A stretch of DNA of 64,000 bases. It comes from Salisapilia sapeloensis CBS 127946 (taxonomy: Eukaryota; Protista; Oomycota). The notes beneath the pieces are model-generated. The model was not told the DNA's origin, ran no database searches, and saw only the letters and a program-made list of their open reading frames with translations. Of the stretch, positions 59,037 to 64,000 are shown piece by piece. The position numbers were made by a program, and so were the translations under genes. Location of the stretch: positions 59,626 to 123,625 of the forward strand of contig JAADVB010000024.1 of the NCBI GenBank assembly GCA_023334545.1, in the 5' to 3' direction. Every line of letters begins with the position of its first letter. Positions within the stretch are counted from its first letter, which is position 1.

Positions 59037-60935
59037 ATGCATCGCACGTCCGTCCAGAGCCGTGCCTCGGTGGCTAGTCGAGCCTCCAACATTGGCTACT
59101 ACAGTCACAACCATGGCGAACACGGCGCAGGTGACCGACCGACGATGGTTTTCAAGGGCGAAGAAAACTACGCTGAGGAAGAGGGGGCACGTGATACGGC
59201 CGTGTACGTCGGAAAGCACTTCACAGGCAGTCAGCGTCGAGATTTTGTCCACTTTACTTCATATCTACATGATGACAGCGATGACGATCAAGCGTCCGAT
59301 GATCCACATTGGTACACTGCAAAAGCATCCGATCGTCAGCGCGCCTTACCGAACAAGATGCTTCGTAGCAATCCCCCTACGAAAACGTCCATGTCCAATT
59401 TGCACGAACCTATCTCTGGAAGTGATGAAAGCTCATCGGATGAAGATGACAAGCATCCTGCCCCAGTGCTAAAGAAGACTACCAGTAGACAGGTCTTGTC
59501 AAATTCAAGATCTTCTAAACGATTGACAGTACGTCGCTCTTCGTCCAAGAATACATTGAGACGGTCTCAAAGTCGACTAAAGTCCTCTTCGACCAACAAT
59601 CGCATGCCTACGCACACGGACAATGGTCCTACATCACCAACGGATACAAGCTCGAAAGACATAGCTGTACCTCCTCCTAAACAAGCTAATCCAAAGGCAC
59701 TTGGGATACTTAAATACCCATCAAGTGGACACTCTACTCGACATTTACGAGTGAAGAGAGAAACCGATGACACTCCTGACATCAAGAGCAGTCCTGTTAT
59801 TGTACAGAGAATTTCTTCCAACCCTCGAAAGGGTAGCTACATGGAACGTGTTAAGCATGCGGAACGGGAGACAGCAGCACGCAAGAAGAGTATGTCGTCT
59901 AGAACATCTACCATGTCGAAGCAATCGAGCCAACAACCAGAGTCGATTCCTCAAGTAGACGTCCATCGTTGTGCTCGCACAGGCGACGTCACTGGTCTCC
60001 AAGCTGTTCTCAGCCACGACACAAAGCTTCTCGAATGTGACCCGAAGCACAATCAAAATGCGCTGCATGTAGCTGCACGTCACGGACAGATCCAGGTCAT
60101 TCGACTGTTGTGTCAGAGCCGTATGCTACCACATCTTCTCGAAGGCCCAGACGCACGAGAAAACACGCCGCTACATCTCGCTGTTGTCAAGTCCAAACGA
60201 ATTACGCAATTGCTACTAAAGCATGGTGCCGATGCCACCAAAGTGAATGCTCGAAAGCAAAGCCCGCTGCTCATTCACTTGCTCACTGCCAAGAAGGATG
60301 ACCCGACGATCACAGCCTTACTTCTCGCACATAGCGCAGACCCGAACGCGGTAGGTGAGTCCGTATCGCCTTTGCACATTGCCGTCGATGCCATGTTCTT
60401 CCAAATCGCGTCTTGCCTCGTCCACTATGGTGCACGCTTAGATGTGAAAGACAGACAAGGACGTATGGTGTTTGATAAACTGTCGAGCCAACAGCTTTGT
60501 CAGGTCTTGATGGAGATCTCTCAACCGCCCATCTGGGTCCCAGACCAAGAACGTCCGAGGTGCATGCTGTGCTCCAAGAAGTTCAGTACCTTGACTGGTC
60601 GTCTTCGCCACCACTGTCGTCACTGTGGACGAATTTGCTGCGGAAGTTGTGCGAAGAATATGGTCGAAACGGTTGAATTTCCGCTTGATTTCTCGCGTGA
60701 ATTTGCATCGAAAGGTGGCCGTGACAAGCAACGTGTGTGCCGAGTATGCAATGACGTATTCAACTATCGCAGTCAACCGAATCGGAAGAAGACATGGACG
60801 CCAGAATACCTTCAAACGATATTGAGTACAGACCCGTTGGATGGAGCTTCGTTTACTATGAACAGAAGAGCTACGACTCAGACAGAGGTTGACAAGAAGT
60901 CTGGACGATCGCAACGACTCGACACGATCGGGTAA
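59037..60935 (+). CDS. Ankyrin-repeat + FYVE zinc-finger protein
   Basis: Disordered basic N-terminus, ankyrin repeats (NALHVAA, TPLHLAV, SPLHIAV), FYVE WVPD...CMLC...RHHCRHCGRICCGSC...RVCRVC. Confidence 0.92.
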   Translation: MHRTSVQSRASVASRASNIGYYSHNHGEHGAGDRPTMVFKGEENYAEEEGARDTAVYVGKHFTGSQRRDFVHFTSYLHDDSDDDQASDDPHWYTAKASDRQRALPNKMLRSNPPTKTSMSNLHEPISGSDESSSDEDDKHPAPVLKKTTSRQVLSNSRSSKRLTVRRSSSKNTLRRSQSRLKSSSTNNRMPTHTDNGPTSPTDTSSKDIAVPPPKQANPKALGILKYPSSGHSTRHLRVKRETDDTPDIKSSPVIVQRISSNPRKGSYMERVKHAERETAARKKSMSSRTSTMSKQSSQQPESIPQVDVHRCARTGDVTGLQAVLSHDTKLLECDPKHNQNALHVAARHGQIQVIRLLCQSRMLPHLLEGPDARENTPLHLAVVKSKRITQLLLKHGADATKVNARKQSPLLIHLLTAKKDDPTITALLLAHSADPNAVGESVSPLHIAVDAMFFQIASCLVHYGARLDVKDRQGRMVFDKLSSQQLCQVLMEISQPPIWVPDQERPRCMLCSKKFSTLTGRLRHHCRHCGRICCGSCAKNMVETVEFPLDFSREFASKGGRDKQRVCRVCNDVFNYRSQPNRKKTWTPEYLQTILSTDPLDGASFTMNRRATTQTEVDKKSGRSQRLDTIG

Positions 60936-61016
60936 CATTGTCTATGCAAAGAGTGGAAGCCACGATAAGAAGTGGATTTTGATAACACAAACATGTAAGT
61001 GAGTTGATGGATCGAG

Positions 61017-63179
61017 TTAAAGATTGTTGTTATGAAACATCATGCCTCCTACGTTTAAAGTTACTGGTGTCAATGCAACCGTTGGTTTGCTCTTGCGTGC
61101 TAGCAATCGCTCGCGATATTGCCGTCCGTATTCGAGGGCATTCTTACTCTCGCGAGGCGCTGGCGCGATTGGCGTCGGTAGATTTATGTTTTGTGTCTGA
61201 CTCGAGTGACCAAGCATGAGTCGATGGGCTGCAGCCACCTGCTCAGGATCTGGTGCTGCGTATAGTTTGGAAGATTGGTTTCCGCTAGCAAATAATCGAG
61301 CCTTGTCGGTCCCGAGGTAGCCGTAGCAATCCCGACCGACTTGTTGTTGGACGTTTTGCGACGTAGAAATTAGTGGCAAAGTGTTCACATCAGAAGTATC
61401 AACCTTGCGGTGCTGTAGTGGCATGGTAAATCGCAGTTGTTGCTCAATAGTATCCTTCTTGGATGCCTCAATCAGCTCTTTATATAGCTTCGCCTTGCTC
61501 GGATTAGCTCGTGGCGGATATAACAACTCAAAATCTATTAACTCTTCGTCCAAGAAGTCATCTTCGACCTCACAGACTGGTTGTGGGAGTGGCACCTTGC
61601 TTGGCATAATGAAACTTTGCAACGATCGATGATACTTCTTTCTAAAATGTCGGTCTAATGCTGCCTGGTTGTGCAGGTATTTCTCAATGAGCTTGTCTAT
61701 ATTTTGCTTTCGTCCAGGTTTCACTGCAGCATAATAGTGTAGTAAGGTAGATCGTAGCTCATCTTCAGATAGATCCAATGCCACTGGTGAAGGTTGCTCA
61801 GGCCTGGCCTCACTTTTCTCATTATCAGAGTCTTGCTGTTGGTTTGGTGGATGCACATTTGTAAGCACTGGCAAGAAAGATGAATCATCTCGTGCATGTG
61901 TCCTCTGGTTTCCTTTCAAATGCCGACCATACAAGCGTTCTTGAGTCGACTTGGTTTGTGCAGCTTCAAACTTTCCTCTATCTGTGCCTTTGAGATCAAG
62001 GATGTCAAGTGTTTGGCTTATGAGTCTCTCTTTCACATCCCAGTCCAACGGTGTATCGCATCCAAAACTCGGTAAATGATTCACTTCCAACATCCATGGT
62101 TTCAATTGTTCATCCAGAAGCACGTCCATGCCTAAAAGAGAGAAACACGAACAAGAGTCTTTCGGACTAGTGGATGATGAGCTTGACTTGGCTGCACCGT
62201 CAGCACTTGCTGGTCGAGATGATTCCCAAGTTGCAGGAGGTGATCCAGTCGGAGTCACAGACACCTTATTATTCCGTACATATCTAGCAAAGGTAGAGCG
62301 GTAATCTTGTGCTAGCATTGGCTGGACGGTCAGTATCGACTTTAAAATGATGTCTCCAATCGATTCCCACAACGCATCGACTTTTTCATCACCATAAAGC
62401 TCCCTAAGCCATGTCAAAAACCAACGAAGCGATCGTTTAATTCCTCCACCTTCCTCATCTTGTTGCTTGTTATTCGAATGCTTGTTGACAGCATAATTGG
62501 TAAGGTGTATAAATCGTTGATTCATATTCGATCCGTTCGGCGCAACGTACGCTTCAGAGCACATGCGTACAAGCCCGTCTTGAAAGAGATACACTCGAAG
62601 TGGATCACATGCCGTGCAAAGTACATATATCCGAAGGTCAAACTTCTTCCCGTCGATCAGTAGAGGCTTTGCAATGTACTGCTGTGCGACGGAAATCTTG
62701 CTGGCATCAACTCGATCTAAATTACGAGTTAAGAAGACTCCTCGACCTTGACATGCACCATCCGGCTTGATGATAAACGTCCGATTGCTCACTCCTTCCG
62801 AGTTGAATTGCTGCTGAAAGTCATGCAGATCGGTCGGCAAAATCCACGTTCGTGGACAAAAGTCATACTCTTCCGGGAATAATTTCTTCATCCGTTCATA
62901 GTTTCGAGCGAGTCGAGACTTGCGAGCCAAATTCGACATTCCCGGAAAGTGGTTGATACGCATGTATGGCTGGATGATTCGGAAGAGCGGTACAAACTCT
63001 GTGACATCGATCCAGTGAAGGTTGCAGGATGCAATGGCGGCCGAATCGTTTTCGTCCGTGATTGCAATCCAGCCACGATCACGTACGATCTTTCGAACAA
63101 CTTCATAGCGACATAAAGATAGATTAACCCGAACTTTAGGCTCTCTTCTTTTAGCAGAAGTACGTATTGGTTGCTCCAT
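61017..63179 (-). CDS. Tubulin polyglutamylase, TTLL6/TTLL13-like
   Basis: RINHFPGM, FCPRTWILP, IIKPDGACQGRG, QQYIAKPLLIDGKKFDLRIY, HLTNYAVNK, GMDVLLD, WMLEVNHLPSF. Confidence 0.93.
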   Translation of the reverse strand: MEQPIRTSAKRREPKVRVNLSLCRYEVVRKIVRDRGWIAITDENDSAAIASCNLHWIDVTEFVPLFRIIQPYMRINHFPGMSNLARKSRLARNYERMKKLFPEEYDFCPRTWILPTDLHDFQQQFNSEGVSNRTFIIKPDGACQGRGVFLTRNLDRVDASKISVAQQYIAKPLLIDGKKFDLRIYVLCTACDPLRVYLFQDGLVRMCSEAYVAPNGSNMNQRFIHLTNYAVNKHSNNKQQDEEGGGIKRSLRWFLTWLRELYGDEKVDALWESIGDIILKSILTVQPMLAQDYRSTFARYVRNNKVSVTPTGSPPATWESSRPASADGAAKSSSSSTSPKDSCSCFSLLGMDVLLDEQLKPWMLEVNHLPSFGCDTPLDWDVKERLISQTLDILDLKGTDRGKFEAAQTKSTQERLYGRHLKGNQRTHARDDSSFLPVLTNVHPPNQQQDSDNEKSEARPEQPSPVALDLSEDELRSTLLHYYAAVKPGRKQNIDKLIEKYLHNQAALDRHFRKKYHRSLQSFIMPSKVPLPQPVCEVEDDFLDEELIDFELLYPPRANPSKAKLYKELIEASKKDTIEQQLRFTMPLQHRKVDTSDVNTLPLISTSQNVQQQVGRDCYGYLGTDKARLFASGNQSSKLYAAPDPEQVAAAHRLMLGHSSQTQNINLPTPIAPAPRESKNALEYGRQYRERLLARKSKPTVALTPVTLNVGGMMFHNNNL

Positions 63180-63329
63180 CTTGGTCTTAAGTGGTCTCAG
63201 GTGTGTGCGCCTCAAGACTTGAATCTATTCGTAGAGTCATGCGTCTTTTAATAGAATTGCATGCGGATCCTAAATTGACTAGCAGAGAGGGATGATAGCT
63301 GCTTATACTGGGTCACAACTCACAGGACA

Positions 63330-63912
63330 TAGGCCAAGTTCGTTGAGGAGATAATCGGGTTATATGCAAGGCATAATGAGCATTGTGTGAACAAACACGC
63401 AAAAACTGTAATAGGAAACAATACCCAACTCTTTGGCCGTTCGTCTTACTCTTATATTGTTATCGACCTTTCCATTGTTATCCGCGTATATCGTCCGTTC
63501 CTCTATCATGCTTTCGTGGAAATAGTACCGTGCATATCGTGGTAGATCATCGGAAGTCATTCAGGTTGAAGTGTCATTCGATTTACTTGCAACACTTAGC
63601 TCTTCGCCATTTCAGTCGGACGCCTACTGTTGACTAGGCAGGAGAGTCCAACATGGATTCCAAAGATAAATTTTAATAAAAATGAATCTTTGAAAAAAAG
63701 CCATTTCAGTCGGACTGCTTACAGTGCGCATCACAATGTCCCCCAATTATTTAGTTCAATATGGTACTACGCCTGTTCCGAAATAACAGCGAAGAGCTCA
63801 ATAGCCCAAGCGAAGAGCTCATCGAGTCTTTCGCGCGCTTTTTCAAATTTGCACATGTAGAATACCAAGCGTGACTTGAAGTCTTCTCGATGGTTTCCTT
63901 CTAATTGCATCA
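63330..63912. repeat. Dispersed repeat, copy 2 (interrupted by a short insertion)
   Basis: Aligns with 32376-32871 apart from the extra segment and duplicated site at 63606-63715. Confidence 0.9.
63606..63715 (+). mobile_element. 78-bp retroposed-type insertion with 16-bp target-site duplication
   Basis: GCCATTTCAGTCGGAC at 63606-63621 and 63700-63715 flanks 63622-63699, which contains AATAAA and ends in A7. Copy 1 has the single empty site at 32650-32665. Confidence 0.75.
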
Positions 63913-64000
63913 ATATAGAACGATCACTTGCTTTTGTACCCTCAGTTTAGCAGGAAAGTTATATTGAAGTGTCACGATGAGTTTCCAATGGCAAGCGGTA

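Noticed and set aside
1-64000. tRNA, rRNA, snRNA, CRISPR array, telomerase template
   Set aside because: No T-loop/cloverleaf, snRNA signature, repeat-spacer array or CCCTAAA-type template in a structured context was seen by eye; tRNAscan-SE and Infernal would be needed to exclude them.

Overview
Gene-dense eukaryotic DNA. The short GT-AG introns (about 50-80 nt), flagellar genes and Cys-repeat surface protein point to an oomycete-like stramenopile (inference). About 30 protein genes are supportable. Flagellar/microtubule: DNAH2-like dynein heavy chain (runs off the left edge, so absent from the ORF track), kinesin-4-like motor, CFAP144/FAM183-like, RSP3-like, TTLL6/13-like. Trafficking: AGFG-type ArfGAP, TBC1D23, VAMP7-like, ANK-FYVE. 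RNA maturation: adjacent TSR1, DDX51, TRIT1 and an L7Ae/Rpp38-like gene, plus TRM9-like. Others: RPL9, ALG10, MFSD5, a P450, a G8/CEMIP-TMEM2-like membrane protein and two UBL proteins. No tRNA, rRNA, snRNA or CRISPR array was recognised. Best unexplained signals: (1) a ~255-nt multi-helix RNA fold just downstream of the RPL9 stop, whose G-U pairs all favour the RPL9 sense strand; (2) a dispersed ~500-bp repeat sitting in the same orientation about 140-150 bp upstream of two microtubule-related genes; (3) a 78-bp insertion with a 16-bp target-site duplication and A-tail inside one repeat copy; (4) a ~500-bp element with ~125-bp terminal inverted repeats. Exon boundaries and base pairings were read by eye, not computed.
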